Positions 30,016-39,689 of a stretch of DNA of 64,000 nt are shown in pieces. Under the pieces are notes generated by a model that had not been told where the DNA came from, made no database searches, and saw only the letters and a list, made by a program, of their open reading frames with translations. Position 1 is the first letter of the stretch. The number at the start of each line of letters is the position of its first letter. The stretch is from an uncultured Acidobacteriota bacterium. Lineage in GTDB: Bacteria; Acidobacteriota; Terriglobia; UBA7540. The translations under genes and the position numbers were made by a program. The stretch lies in assembly GCA_963804995.1 (NCBI GenBank), contig CAWDSK010000001.1:629784-693783 (forward strand). Direction: 5' to 3'.

Positions 30016-30302
30016 AGCGGGTGGCCACGGTCAGCGTTTTTCTGACCGTGGGCTTTTCTCATGCCTGATGCTCCAGCGGCAGGTCGTCAATCTGGATGGA
30101 ACACGCCGCTATCGTTGCCCTGTCCAAAGTAAGTTTGCTGTAACTCAACCACCGCCAGAAGAACCCACGGTCAGGACTGCACTGACCGTGGCTACCCCCG
30201 CCTCACCCGCCGCTTGCGCACGGGATTGAACTATTCCTGCCTGCTATGCCTTCGTCATCAAAGGAAGAACCCACGGTCAGAACTGCACTGACTGTGGCCC
30301 GT
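30016..30302 (-). mobile_element. REP/RAYT element 6 (inverted, subfamily B)
   Basis: Near-duplicate of 29067-29366; tail WRWLSYSKLTLDRATIAACSIQIDDLPLEHQA-stop. Confidence 0.8.
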
Positions 30303-30310
30303 TGCGGCGC

Positions 30311-30748
30311 TTAGACGCCTAGGACGCGCAATCCGGCGGCGCGGGCCAATTTGGCTTGATCCCGGTCGAAGGTGTAAAAATCGTCGGCGGCAAGCGCCAG
30401 GGCGGAAGCCACGTGGAGGGCGTCCAGGGCGCGGCAACCCAGGCTGGGCGCGTAGCGCCGGGCGAGTTCGCGCGCCCGCGCCCAGGTTTCCGAGGGCAAA
30501 TCTTCCCAACGCCAAATGCCGGTTTGCAAGTCGTGGGTGAAGTTTTCCTCGATGGCCCGAGCCTCGCGCGCCGTCCACCCCTTGGGGCGAGCCGTAACCG
30601 CGTAAACGATGCTGGTGAATTCCGTCTCGCCGAAGGGCGTAACCATGAACACGGGATGATGGGCCTGGACCAAGGCGATAGCGGGGCGGGAGTTCACATC
30701 GCGGCCATACAGCGAGACGAGGAAACTGGTGTCCGCGTAGGAATTCAA
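30311..30748 (-). CDS. vapC: VapC PIN-domain toxin
   Basis: YADTSFLVSLY, RALDALHVASA, FYTFDRDQ. Confidence 0.9.
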   Translation of the reverse strand: MNSYADTSFLVSLYGRDVNSRPAIALVQAHHPVFMVTPFGETEFTSIVYAVTARPKGWTAREARAIEENFTHDLQTGIWRWEDLPSETWARARELARRYAPSLGCRALDALHVASALALAADDFYTFDRDQAKLARAAGLRVLGV

Positions 30749-30987
30749 AGGCGGCTTCGGTCCTTTCGAAGCATCTCGCCGACGTTGAGATCAATGCGCC
30801 GGTTGCCAAAGATCTTCTTCTGGCGCGCGGCGAAATCCGGGTAGGCTTTCCCGGCGGCCGGTTCGGGAATGATGCGGGCGAGAATTTCATGCCGCTTGCG
30901 GAGGACCAGGGCCTCGCCGCGGCGTAGCGGCCCCTCGACCTTGCGCGAGAACTCCTGGCGGACCTCCCGGACGGTTACGTTCTTCAT
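30745..30987 (-). CDS. Phd/YefM-like antitoxin
   Basis: MKNVTVREVRQEFS...GE...ARIIP; upstream palindrome GTTACAC-N7-GTGTAAC. Confidence 0.8.
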   Translation of the reverse strand: MKNVTVREVRQEFSRKVEGPLRRGEALVLRKRHEILARIIPEPAAGKAYPDFAARQKKIFGNRRIDLNVGEMLRKDRSRL

Positions 30988-31025
30988 GTTACACATTTTA
31001 GGTGTAACCTGGGGAGGAAGTCAAT

Positions 31026-31070
31026 AGCGGGTAGCCAGGGTCAGCGTTTTTCTGACCGTGGCTACCCGCT
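31026..31070. repeat. REP element 7: minimal 45-bp hairpin carrying both outer ends
   Basis: AGCGGGTAGCCAGGGTCAG-CGTTTTT-CTGACCGTGGCTACCCGCT, 18/19 paired stem. Confidence 0.85.
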
Positions 31071-31574
31071 TTGAAATCGGCGGGGCGGCGGCGCGTGCGT
31101 TCGAGCAGCACCGAGAACAGCTTGGGAGGCAACAGCCCGATATCCTCGGCGAAAAGGCAGGAGAGCAGTCGCATCAAAAAGTGCGCGGCGCGCTGTGGGT
31201 CGACGCCCCTCGCTCGCAAGGAGTCCGCGAGGGTTGCGAACTCAGCGGCGGCCATTTCCGTTACATCTGCCGTGCTGCGATCGGGCCGGAGCCGGGCCGG
31301 ATCGGTGAACACCGCGCGGAGAACCTCGATCGGGGGTAGCGTGCAATCGGCGGTTGCTTGGTTCTTCAGCAGGTCGTCAAGCGAGAAGCGATAGACTTGC
31401 TTTGCCGTGCCGGTGAAGTTGGTATGAACCTCGAACCGCGAAATCCTCTGACGCTGGATGCGGCTCGCCCAGCACGTCACAAAGTTCAAGGAAATGCATT
31501 TGGGCGCCCGCCCGCTCCGTGAGGCTAGCGTTTCGCCACTTGTTGACAAAATCAGGTAAGGTCAGCGTTGACAT
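31071..31574 (-). pseudogene. Truncated MmeI/YeeA-type (type IIL) restriction-methylase fragment
   Basis: FVNKW..ASLTERAGAQMHFLELCDVLG, internal deletion, then FEVHTNFT..AAHFLMRLL.CLFAEDIGLLP; ends abruptly at element 7. Confidence 0.75.
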
Positions 31575-31759
31575 CTGAGTAGCAGCAAGACTGTAGCATA
31601 TCGCTTAACGCTGTTGAACACTTCTGCCACAATTCCAACTGTGTATTGCATTCGCCGCGTACGACCTGGTCGTCTTGCGAAACTCCACGAAGAAGGATTT
31701 GACGACCCAGGCGGAAATCATCGGGTCAAACATCAACGCGGCATTGGGCTTCGGAGACC

Positions 31760-32230
31760 AACTGACAGCGAGCTGAAACAATACCGGGATCATTTGAAGG
31801 AAGAGGTCACGGCCCGCACGGCGGAGCTGATGGCTGCCGAGGTCGAGCTTCGTCACGCCCAGAAACTCGAATCCGTCGGCAGGCTCGCCTCAGGAATCGC
31901 CCACGAAATCAACACCCCCATTCAGTTCATCGGCGATAACACACGTTTCCTCCAGGAAACCTTTGCGACACTGCGCAAGTTGCTCGAGATGTATGGGACC
32001 CTATCAACAAGGCCCTCGTCAGCACCCTGACTGTGGCGCGCAATGAGCTCAAGTACGTCTCTTTACGACCAAAGAAATCGGGCGAGGGACAGGACAGGGC
32101 TTGGCAATTGCCCGCTCCGTTGTGGTCGATCGGCACGGGGGAACACTCACCTTCGCGAGCGAAGTTGGCAAGGGAACCACTTTCTACGTTCGCCTGCCGC
32201 TCGGTGGGGAAGCAAAGCCCGGGGAAGAAA
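31760..32230 (+). pseudogene. Histidine kinase remnant with internal deletions
   Basis: AQKLESVGRLASGIAHEINTPIQFIGDN H-box, then out-of-frame TKEIG.GTGQGLAIARSVV..HGG.L.F.SEVGKGTTF. Confidence 0.7.
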
Positions 32231-33140
32231 ATCCCGCCTGCAACCCGCTGCAAGGGTGATCATCCTGCATTGAAAAGCCGTGATTACTTGCTGTTTTAGC
32301 AGGGAATTTCTGGAGGTGCGGCTTTTCAATTCCACCCTTTGTCTTTCGATTTTCTATGGCGGTGGCCGCCCCGCAGTACAAGTCCGCAATTTCTTGTTTT
32401 TTCTATCTAGGATTCTGTGCCATTTGTGGTATTACGAAAATAAGAGGGCTTGATCGTTTGGGTGTGGTTCCATCGTGCTGCGCTACCGGCCTTCTCAACC
32501 AAACAGGATAGAAATTGAAATCATGGCCCTCTCCGAGGGGTCGCAGATTCGCCGCGGCGGAAGAGGGTGGACTGCAGCCGGCGTTTTCACCAGCCGGGGC
32601 GGGACGGGTGAGGGGTTACTTCACCACCCGATGAACGGACCCGCACCCAACCGAAAAACTGGCAGCACCTTTTCTAGTTTGCTTACCGCTTCGCCACGCA
32701 ACACCACCTGCTTCGAGACTCTGATCTCTAGATCGAACGAGAGTTGGCGTGAGAGGCTCAGGCGGAAAATCTGCGCATCCGGCCGGGCGAGGGGGGAAAA
32801 GGTTGAGCCCGGCATGGCGTACTCCCCGACTCTAATCCTGTAGGCCCGCGACTTTTTGTCATTAGTGGGACATGTCCCACATGTTGCTCTCCGCGGGGCA
32901 TAGCGAGCGAGGTCCCACTTAATTCCCCACCCTCACGCGTTTTCTTCCTATGACTTTTGATGAGTGGCTCCGCCGCAATATGCCACAGCATCTGCCCGCG
33001 GCAATTGCGCCAGCCTTCTTGAATCAGTCAACTCATCTTCCCAGATGCCTTCGGTGGCCGCACCTTTACTCGGAGGGATTTCAATCCTCCATCAAAATCC
33101 CACCACGGCCCGAACGGGGTGTGCGACAAATCTGTGTGGG

Positions 33141-34469
33141 TCAGGCCGCGCGGGGGCGACGGTTCTCCCAGTAATCCTCGAATTTGCCGCTCAAGCGATG
33201 GCAGCGAAGGGCGATGATGGCATTGGCCCCGCGGACCCTCCAGAACATACCGGAGCGCTTCAGCCGAGTGCCGATGAGGGTTTTGCAGCCGGCTTCGACG
33301 ACCCCGGAACCTACGAACAGATGCTGACGCCGAAAGGTCGGATAGCGCATCCGTTGGGCGTTGACGGTAAAATAATCTGCCGCGTGGCGCAAGAGTTCGG
33401 CGGCTTCGGGCGTGGCTGGGAACAGCGAGCGCAAATCGCGCACTAGGGATTCGATCCGCCCGCTCTCCAACTTCTCCTCCCGTTTTCTGGTCCACCTTCG
33501 GCGGTGGCGCTCGTCGGTGGGCCAGAGCTGGCCCGACAGCTCCCATAAGTGCTGTCGGGCATGATAAAGATCCACAATCTGAATGGCTCCCGGAAAGTGC
33601 TCGGCGGTGAGGTTCCAAATCCAAGGAGCACCATCGCCGATCACCACTTTCTTTTGGGCCCGGTTCCAGCCCCGACGATATGCTTCGAGGTAGATGCGCC
33701 GCCCAAAAACCTCGGCCGTTTCGATGCCTCCCGTGTAGGTGGTGGAGCCTTCTTCGCGCGCCGGTCGGCCCCGGGCATCCCGTGTCGTCTGGGCGAAGAC
33801 ACAACCTAATTTCACTTCCCGCGGGCGCGCTTGCTCGCTCTGTTTCCCCGCTCGACCCTCGGTTTCCGAACTCACCACCGGTACTCCCGTCCCATCCATC
33901 TCCACATAGAGTACCGGAATTTCCGGTCCCCTCACCTGCGGCAAGTTCCGTTGCAGGCCTTGCTGGATCGAGGCTTGTTCCTGGGCAGCAATCTCGGCGC
34001 CCAGAGCCTCTGCCTGCCGTTCCACGGCCTTGGTGGTCACCTCCAACCCGGCCAGCAGTTGCAGTTGTTCTCGACCGAGCGCAAAGGAGGTTTCGCTGCC
34101 CACCACCGCCATCATCCGTCGCACCCCAGGAGAATATTCCGTGCCCTCCACATCCAGTTCCTGATCGCGGGGACTCTGTCCCCGGTGACAGGCCGGACAA
34201 ACGTAATAGGGACGCTCGGTCTCGACCCGCCCCAGCACGGTCAGCAGTTGCTTCCGACGCCTGCCGCGGTAGGGTGCCCCCTGACCACAGCCGCAGGGAA
34301 CTTGGCGAGGGCACTCGTCCGGGGCGGCCAGCAACTCCTCCAGCACCGCCGCCCCCGCCCGGTGCAAGGCCGCGCGTGTGGCCATCTCGACGGCTTCCAA
34401 ATCCAGCGTCCCGGACTTGCGCCGCCCAGCAAAGATCACCGCCAGCAGGGACTCTACTTCTCGCGCCAC
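33141..34469 (-). CDS. ISKra4-family transposase
   Basis: YVEMDGTGVP, REVKLG, IGDGAPWIW, VDLYHARQHL, GSGVVEAGCK..RLKRSGMFW. Confidence 0.9.
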   Translation of the reverse strand: MAREVESLLAVIFAGRRKSGTLDLEAVEMATRAALHRAGAAVLEELLAAPDECPRQVPCGCGQGAPYRGRRRKQLLTVLGRVETERPYYVCPACHRGQSPRDQELDVEGTEYSPGVRRMMAVVGSETSFALGREQLQLLAGLEVTTKAVERQAEALGAEIAAQEQASIQQGLQRNLPQVRGPEIPVLYVEMDGTGVPVVSSETEGRAGKQSEQARPREVKLGCVFAQTTRDARGRPAREEGSTTYTGGIETAEVFGRRIYLEAYRRGWNRAQKKVVIGDGAPWIWNLTAEHFPGAIQIVDLYHARQHLWELSGQLWPTDERHRRRWTRKREEKLESGRIESLVRDLRSLFPATPEAAELLRHAADYFTVNAQRMRYPTFRRQHLFVGSGVVEAGCKTLIGTRLKRSGMFWRVRGANAIIALRCHRLSGKFEDYWENRRPRAA

Positions 34470-34858
34470 TTCCCGCTGAATGGCTTCCGCCGTTTTTTTT
34501 CCTGCTCCGCCGCTTCGGCCTCCTGGGGGAGGGGGCGCTGACGGCAGATTTTTTCGTTCACCTCCACGAAGGCCCGGCGCAGTTGTTGAAACCTGCGGAA
34601 CTCGGCAATCTGTCGTTCCGCCTGGTGCCGGGCGGCAGGGCTGGGGAAGGTTTCGCTGACGGTCCGGCCCTGCACCTTGTAAGTGAGCCGGAAGTTAGGG
34701 CCGTGGCCGGGATGATGGGGCTGATGACAGTGACAGTTGGACTTGCCGCAGCGGGCGGTAATGCTGGTGATCGAACCACTGCGGAGGTCACCCAGTTGGG
34801 CGATCTGGCGGATCAACTCCGCCCGTTGGTTTTCCAGGACGTTAAGGGATTGGGGCAT
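34454..34858 (-). CDS. IS accessory ORF (DUF6788-like), possibly fused to the transposase by -1 frameshift
   Basis: LRSGSI....RCGKSNCHC....PGHGP; ends in an A8 run. Confidence 0.75.
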   Translation of the reverse strand: MPQSLNVLENQRAELIRQIAQLGDLRSGSITSITARCGKSNCHCHQPHHPGHGPNFRLTYKVQGRTVSETFPSPAARHQAERQIAEFRRFQQLRRAFVEVNEKICRQRPLPQEAEAAEQEKKRRKPFSGKWREK

Positions 34859-35042
34859 GTTAAGGCCTCCTCTATCCTAACGTATCATATACGTTAGGAT
34901 ATAAGCGACAAAAAAAGAGCCAGCCCAGAGCGTTACATTTATGTCGCGCACCCGCCCGAACGTTGCGGATTCCGCGCGTTCACGTTAGAGTAAAAAACTG
35001 GCCAATGCTGGCTCCTCTGAATATCGATGTAGGAACTGATCG

Positions 35043-35960
35043 ATGAGTTTTCGCGACGTTGTTCTGAACCCGTCCATCCCCATGACGCTGTTTGAGGTGG
35101 TTCCGCCCGCCGCAGCGAAGCCCGAAGCATTGGAGTCTTCTCTCCACGAACTACGGCAGGTTCGAGACCTCGTGGACGCGATCAATCTGCCGGAAATCCA
35201 CGAAGAGGTCCGTCCGGGTGAGCGCACCGGCAAGTTTCTGGAGCGTGTCGAGCCACGCCAGTTCGGTGCCCGAATCAAGCGCGAACTGGGGATTGACGTG
35301 GTCATCAATCGCGTCACCGTGCACGATGCGGAACCGGAACGCTGGTTTCGCGAAACGCTGGGCCAGACGGACATCAGCAATTGGGTTCTCGTGGGGGGCG
35401 AGTCACGCGAGATTCGCTATCCAGGCCTGGGCCCCGCCGAAGCCGCTGCTTTGGTGAAGTCCCTCGCGTTGCCGGTTTCACTGGGCGGCATCGCGATTCC
35501 CAGCCGGGAGGGTGAGCCGGAGCGCATTCGCAAGAAGCAAGGTCAGGGGATTGATTTCTTCACCTCACAGGTAATGTTTGACTCAAACGATTTGGTCTGG
35601 CTAATTCAGCGCCTCAACGGTGTGGAGGCGCGCATCTTCATCAGTTTCGCTCCGGTCAGCCATCAGCGCGATCTGGAATTCCTGCGTTGGCTCGGTGTCG
35701 ATATCCCTCAGGACCTCAACCGGTTCCTGCTCGGCTCTGAGTCGGGTGCGGCCGCCTCAGCCGCAACCTGTCTTGATCGTTCGATCAACCTGGCCCAGCG
35801 CATCCTGATGGACGTCTTCGATAATCTGCCCCCTGATCCGCCTCCCCTCGGCCTGAACATTGAGCACATTAACCGTAGGAACTTCGCACCGGCGCTCGCC
35901 ATGCTTGACCGGCTGGGAAATCTCTACGCCAACCTGGTGGCCGCGCGCGCCCGCGCCTAA
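35043..35960 (+). CDS. Methylenetetrahydrofolate-reductase-like protein (atypical type)
   Basis: LFEVVPP, DAINLPEI, LVGGES, LGGIAIP.R..E..RI..K...G.DFFTSQ. Confidence 0.65.
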   Translation: MSFRDVVLNPSIPMTLFEVVPPAAAKPEALESSLHELRQVRDLVDAINLPEIHEEVRPGERTGKFLERVEPRQFGARIKRELGIDVVINRVTVHDAEPERWFRETLGQTDISNWVLVGGESREIRYPGLGPAEAAALVKSLALPVSLGGIAIPSREGEPERIRKKQGQGIDFFTSQVMFDSNDLVWLIQRLNGVEARIFISFAPVSHQRDLEFLRWLGVDIPQDLNRFLLGSESGAAASAATCLDRSINLAQRILMDVFDNLPPDPPPLGLNIEHINRRNFAPALAMLDRLGNLYANLVAARARA

Positions 35961-35962
35961 AT

Positions 35963-36062
35963 GCAGTGGCGCGTGACAAGTGACGAGTGACAAGCCAGAA
36001 ACACCGCGGGAGGAAAGACGAATTCATTTGCTTGTCACTGGTCACTTGTCACTCGCCACTGC
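35963..36062. repeat. Inverted array of GTGACAA/GTGACGA heptamers forming a long hairpin
   Basis: GCAGTGGCGCGTGACAAGTGACGAGTGACAAGC pairs with GCTTGTCACTGGTCACTTGTCACTCGCCACTGC. Confidence 0.7.
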
Positions 36063-36130
36063 TCTTAGCGTAGAATGCCAACGTGGATCGCAAATCGTCT
36101 TGCTCAAGAACCTCCACGCGCCCCCGAGGC

Positions 36131-38550
36131 ATGAACCTCGTGGATGTCGCCGTCATGGCGGGTATCCGTAATCCGCTTACTTACCAGGTCCCGGATTCCC
36201 TGGCTGTCCAGCCCGGCCAACGAGTGCAGGTTCCGCTCACAACGCGCAAAGCCCTGGGAATCGTTCTGCGCACCGGGAGCCCGCTTCCTCCCCACGTTGA
36301 AGTGCGGCCTATCCTGCGCCTGATGGACGCGGAGCCCGTCGTCACGCCGGAATTGCTGGAGCTGGGCCTTTGGATCGCCGATTACTACGTCGCGCCCATC
36401 GGCGAAGTATTCCGCGCCATGTTGCCCTTGCGAGCGGACACACGTCACGCCCGCGTCGTTCGCCTGACAGAATTAGGACAACGGAAGCTCCGGGAAGCCA
36501 CCACACCTGCGGAAGAGGTCACTGACCTGGGCGCTGACCTTCTCACCTATCTCGGCACGCGCGGCAGCGCTACGGTGGAATTGCTTCGCCAAAAATTCCC
36601 AGAGGCTTTTCTCCAGGCGCTGGAAAAGAAATGGGTCGTAGTTGAAAAGGTCGAGCGTGAGCGCAGCCAGCGCCAAGTTTATGCAGTGCGACTGGCCGGC
36701 CCCATGCCGGAAAAACCGGCGCGCCTCTCCCCAGTGGCGAAGAGAATCCTGGAAGCGCTCGAGCGGGAGGATCAGCCGGCGACCATCGCCAGCTTCTTGA
36801 AACGGCCCGCGCAAATCTTGCCGCACTCAAGAGACTCAGTGCCTCAGGCCTGATTGAACTTGGTCCCTCTCAGGAATTGTTGGCAGCGGCGGGGGCCACT
36901 CCGCCCAGTGAGTCCTCGCCTTTCGTTTTGACATCCAGCCAGCACACAGTTCTCGGCGACCTTACGAAACATCTAGAATCCGCCCAGTTTCAGACGGTAC
37001 TCCTGCATGGAATCACCGGCAGCGGCAAGACCGAGGTCTACCTTCGACTGATTGGTCGTTGTCTCGAAATCGGCCGCACCGCTCTGATGCTGGTGCCTGA
37101 AATCGCCCTCACCCCGTCCGCCCAGGCGCAATTCCTGGCACGATTCGGCTCCGCGGTGGCGCTCCTGCACAGCGCCTTGACTGAGAACGAACGTCACGAA
37201 GCGTGGTGGCGAATCCGCCGCGGGGAGGCCAAAGTCATTCTGGGAACCCGCTCCGCGGTGTTTGCGCCCGCGACGAATCTGGGCGTGGTCATCGTCGATG
37301 AGGAGCATGACACCAGCTACAAACAGGAGGAGACACCGCGGTACAACGGACGTGACGTGGCCGTCGTACGCGCGCGCCTGGCCGGAGCGCTCGCCGTCCT
37401 GGGTTCCGCCACTCCTTCGCTCGAGTCCTACTGGAATGCTCAGGAGGGGAAATATCGCCTGAATGTGCTTCCGGAGCGCGTGGAAGGGCGGAAGCTCGCG
37501 ACCGTCGAAATCGTCGACATGCGTCAGGAGTTTCGCGAAACCCACACTCAGGTACCCGTATCACGCCGCCTGCGGGAGGAAATCGAGAGTCAGATTGCCA
37601 ATCGGCAGCAGACGATGATCCTGCTGAACCGGCGCGGCTACTCGTGGTTCCTGTTGTGCCGCAGTTGCGGCCAGACCCAGCGTTGTGTGAATTGCTCTAT
37701 TTCTCTTACCTACCATCGGCGCGAGCATCGCCTGATTTGCCATTACTGTGGTTATACGGCTCCCGTGCCCGCGCGCTGCCCCAATTGCAGCAGTGAACAT
37801 CTTTATTACGTGGGCGAGGGAACTGAGAAAGTCGAAAAGAAGTTTGCCGAGATTTTCCCTGGCGCCCGCGTGGCGCGGCTCGACCGCGACGTGGCTCGCC
37901 GTCCGGGCCAGTTCCGGCGTATCTTGGAAGACTTTCGGCAGGGCAAGATCGATCTTCTGGTGGGAACCCAAATGATCGCCAAGGGACACGATTTTCCCGG
38001 CGTAACGTTGGTGGGAGTAGTTTCCGCGGACATCGGTCTGGGGTTGCCGGATTTTCGTTCCGCGGAAAGGACCTTTCAATTGCTCACCCAAGCCGCCGGG
38101 CGCGCCGGCCGCGGCGACACTCCCGGACGTGTATTGGTGCAAACATTCTATCCCGACCATTACGCGATCTTGCTGGCAGCGGAGCAGAACTACCCTGCCT
38201 TCTTCCACAAGGAAATGCGCTTCCGGCGCATGATGCACTATCCGCCCCTGACCGCCCTGGCAAACGTCATCGCGCAGGGCGCGAAGCTCGAACAGGCCGC
38301 CCAGGTCGCGAAGCAGATTGGAGATTTCCTGATTCCGCTCGAGCCGCACACCGAGGGGCTCAAAATCCTGGGGCCGACGCCCGCTCCGCTGGCGAAAGTG
38401 GAAGGCCGCTTTCGCATCCAGTTCCTGATCAAGTGCAGGTCGCGCGCCCGCCTGAACACCATCCTGCGGCAGCTTGCCGACCACTGCGAACAGCAAGGCA
38501 TTCAGCAGCGCTCGGTGATGGTCGATATGGATCCCATCAACATCATGTAA
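36131..38550 (+). CDS. priA: Primosomal protein N-prime (PriA), 1-bp frameshift near 36769
   Basis: N-terminal 3-prime-binding region (LTY.VP..PGQRV.VP), GITGSGKTEVY, VDEEHD, SATPS, 4 CxxC, GTQMIAKGHDFP. One extra G in gag(g)ga joins the frames. Confidence 0.9.
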
Positions 38551-38554
38551 TCCT

Positions 38555-39550
38555 TTAGTGGATTGAAAACGGTGTGGGAATGAAACTGAGGGCTAAAATC
38601 ACCGCCGCGACCAAGGCGAGAATCTTCCGGCCTCGGCAGAGGGTTTCCGCTGGTTCGACAACCATGGGATGGCGAAGGCCAAGGAACAACAGAATCACCC
38701 CCCAAACCATCCACCCAATCCAGCAGAAGATCCCGAGGGGTAGGAGGACCAGGAAGAAACCCCGCGAAATGTTCCGGTACTTTTCGCCCAGAACCGCATA
38801 AAGGATGTGGCCGCCATCGAGTTGCCCCACCGGCAGCAGGTTAAGTGCAGTGGCGAACAGCCCGACCCAAGCGGCGCAGCCCACGGGGTTCAGAACAAAC
38901 TCCGCCGGACTTACTCCGGGCCGGAGCAGCTTCGCGAGCAGGATCAATGCCAGAGGGCTACCCAGCGAGATCGAATCAGGCGCGCTGACCGGCGAAGCGC
39001 CCCGCGAAAAGAAAATCGCCATTGCCAAGGCGGGGATGGCAAGCGCGAATCCTGCGAGCGGCCCGGAGATTCCGACGTCAAACAGCTCGTGGCGCGTCAG
39101 AATCGGCGACTTGATGCGAATGAAGGCGCCGAGCGTCCCAATCAGGGTCGGAGCGGGAATGAAATACGGATAGGTGGCATGGATTCCGTAATGCCGGCAG
39201 GTGAAGTAGTGGCCGAGTTCGTGCGCTAAAAGGATGCTCAGCAGAGTGAAGGAAAATGGCAAGCCGAGGACCAGCAGCGAAGGGTGTCGCCATAGTCCCC
39301 GGAAGTAAGCAAAGGGAACCTCCCAATCAAATACCGGCAGATTCCGCGCGTAATTGATCTCGATGTGAGTACCCACGATCAAGGTCGTCAGGATGGTGAG
39401 TAGGAAGAGCGCAATGTGAAAGGCCAGGGAGTTGTACCAACGCCGGCGAGGTTCGAGGCGCCAGCGCACCGGAACCCAGGCGCGAACGGATAACGGTTCT
39501 TGAGGAGCCGGCGGCCGCTGGAGCCAGTCGGATTGGAATTCGTCGCCCAT
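38555..39550 (-). CDS. Site-2 protease (M50) family membrane metalloprotease
   Basis: HELGH, GTLGAFI, SGPLAG, NLLPVGQLDGGH. Confidence 0.9.
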   Translation of the reverse strand: MGDEFQSDWLQRPPAPQEPLSVRAWVPVRWRLEPRRRWYNSLAFHIALFLLTILTTLIVGTHIEINYARNLPVFDWEVPFAYFRGLWRHPSLLVLGLPFSFTLLSILLAHELGHYFTCRHYGIHATYPYFIPAPTLIGTLGAFIRIKSPILTRHELFDVGISGPLAGFALAIPALAMAIFFSRGASPVSAPDSISLGSPLALILLAKLLRPGVSPAEFVLNPVGCAAWVGLFATALNLLPVGQLDGGHILYAVLGEKYRNISRGFFLVLLPLGIFCWIGWMVWGVILLFLGLRHPMVVEPAETLCRGRKILALVAAVILALSFIPTPFSIH

Positions 39551-39689
39551 ATCGGAATGGGGAAGAATCCTATTCTCGCCCGCTCCTGACCGCCTGTAAA
39601 GACCAGTGCCCCATGACCCGTGACGAGCGCCTTCGAGCGTGGGCCGGGTTGTTGGCTCGCCACCCGTCACCCATCACGCGCCGCTGCGC

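Larger units (their letters stand above)
33117..34953 (-). mobile_element. ISKra4-family insertion sequence
   Basis: Imperfect inverted ends GGGTGTGCGACA / TGTCGCGCACCC; 9-bp direct repeat GCCCGAACG at 33108-33116 and 34954-34962. Confidence 0.85.

Noticed and set aside
23902..30160. Diversity-generating retroelement template/variable repeats
   Set aside because: No reverse transcriptase is present, and differences between copies are not confined to adenines.
23765..30229. Family of small ORFs such as MRDTPRAIA..CPKQNCCNSTT and GHGQRFSDRG
   Set aside because: They are alternative-frame or antisense translations of the repeated element, not independent genes.
23583..31070. CRISPR array or classical integron/CALIN
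   Set aside because: Repeats are 45-460 bp in mixed orientation with gene-sized spacers, and there are no cas genes. There is no tyrosine recombinase, and the ends are GTAG/CTAC hairpins rather than RYYYAAC...GTTRRRY attC cores.
32300..33107. Possible genes between the kinase remnant and ISKra4
   Set aside because: Only short ORFs overlapping a partial CCCTCTCCC repeat, with no motif support.
36131..38550. priA as a true pseudogene or split gene
   Set aside because: A single missing base in a G-run restores a full, otherwise undamaged protein; sequencing error is more likely.
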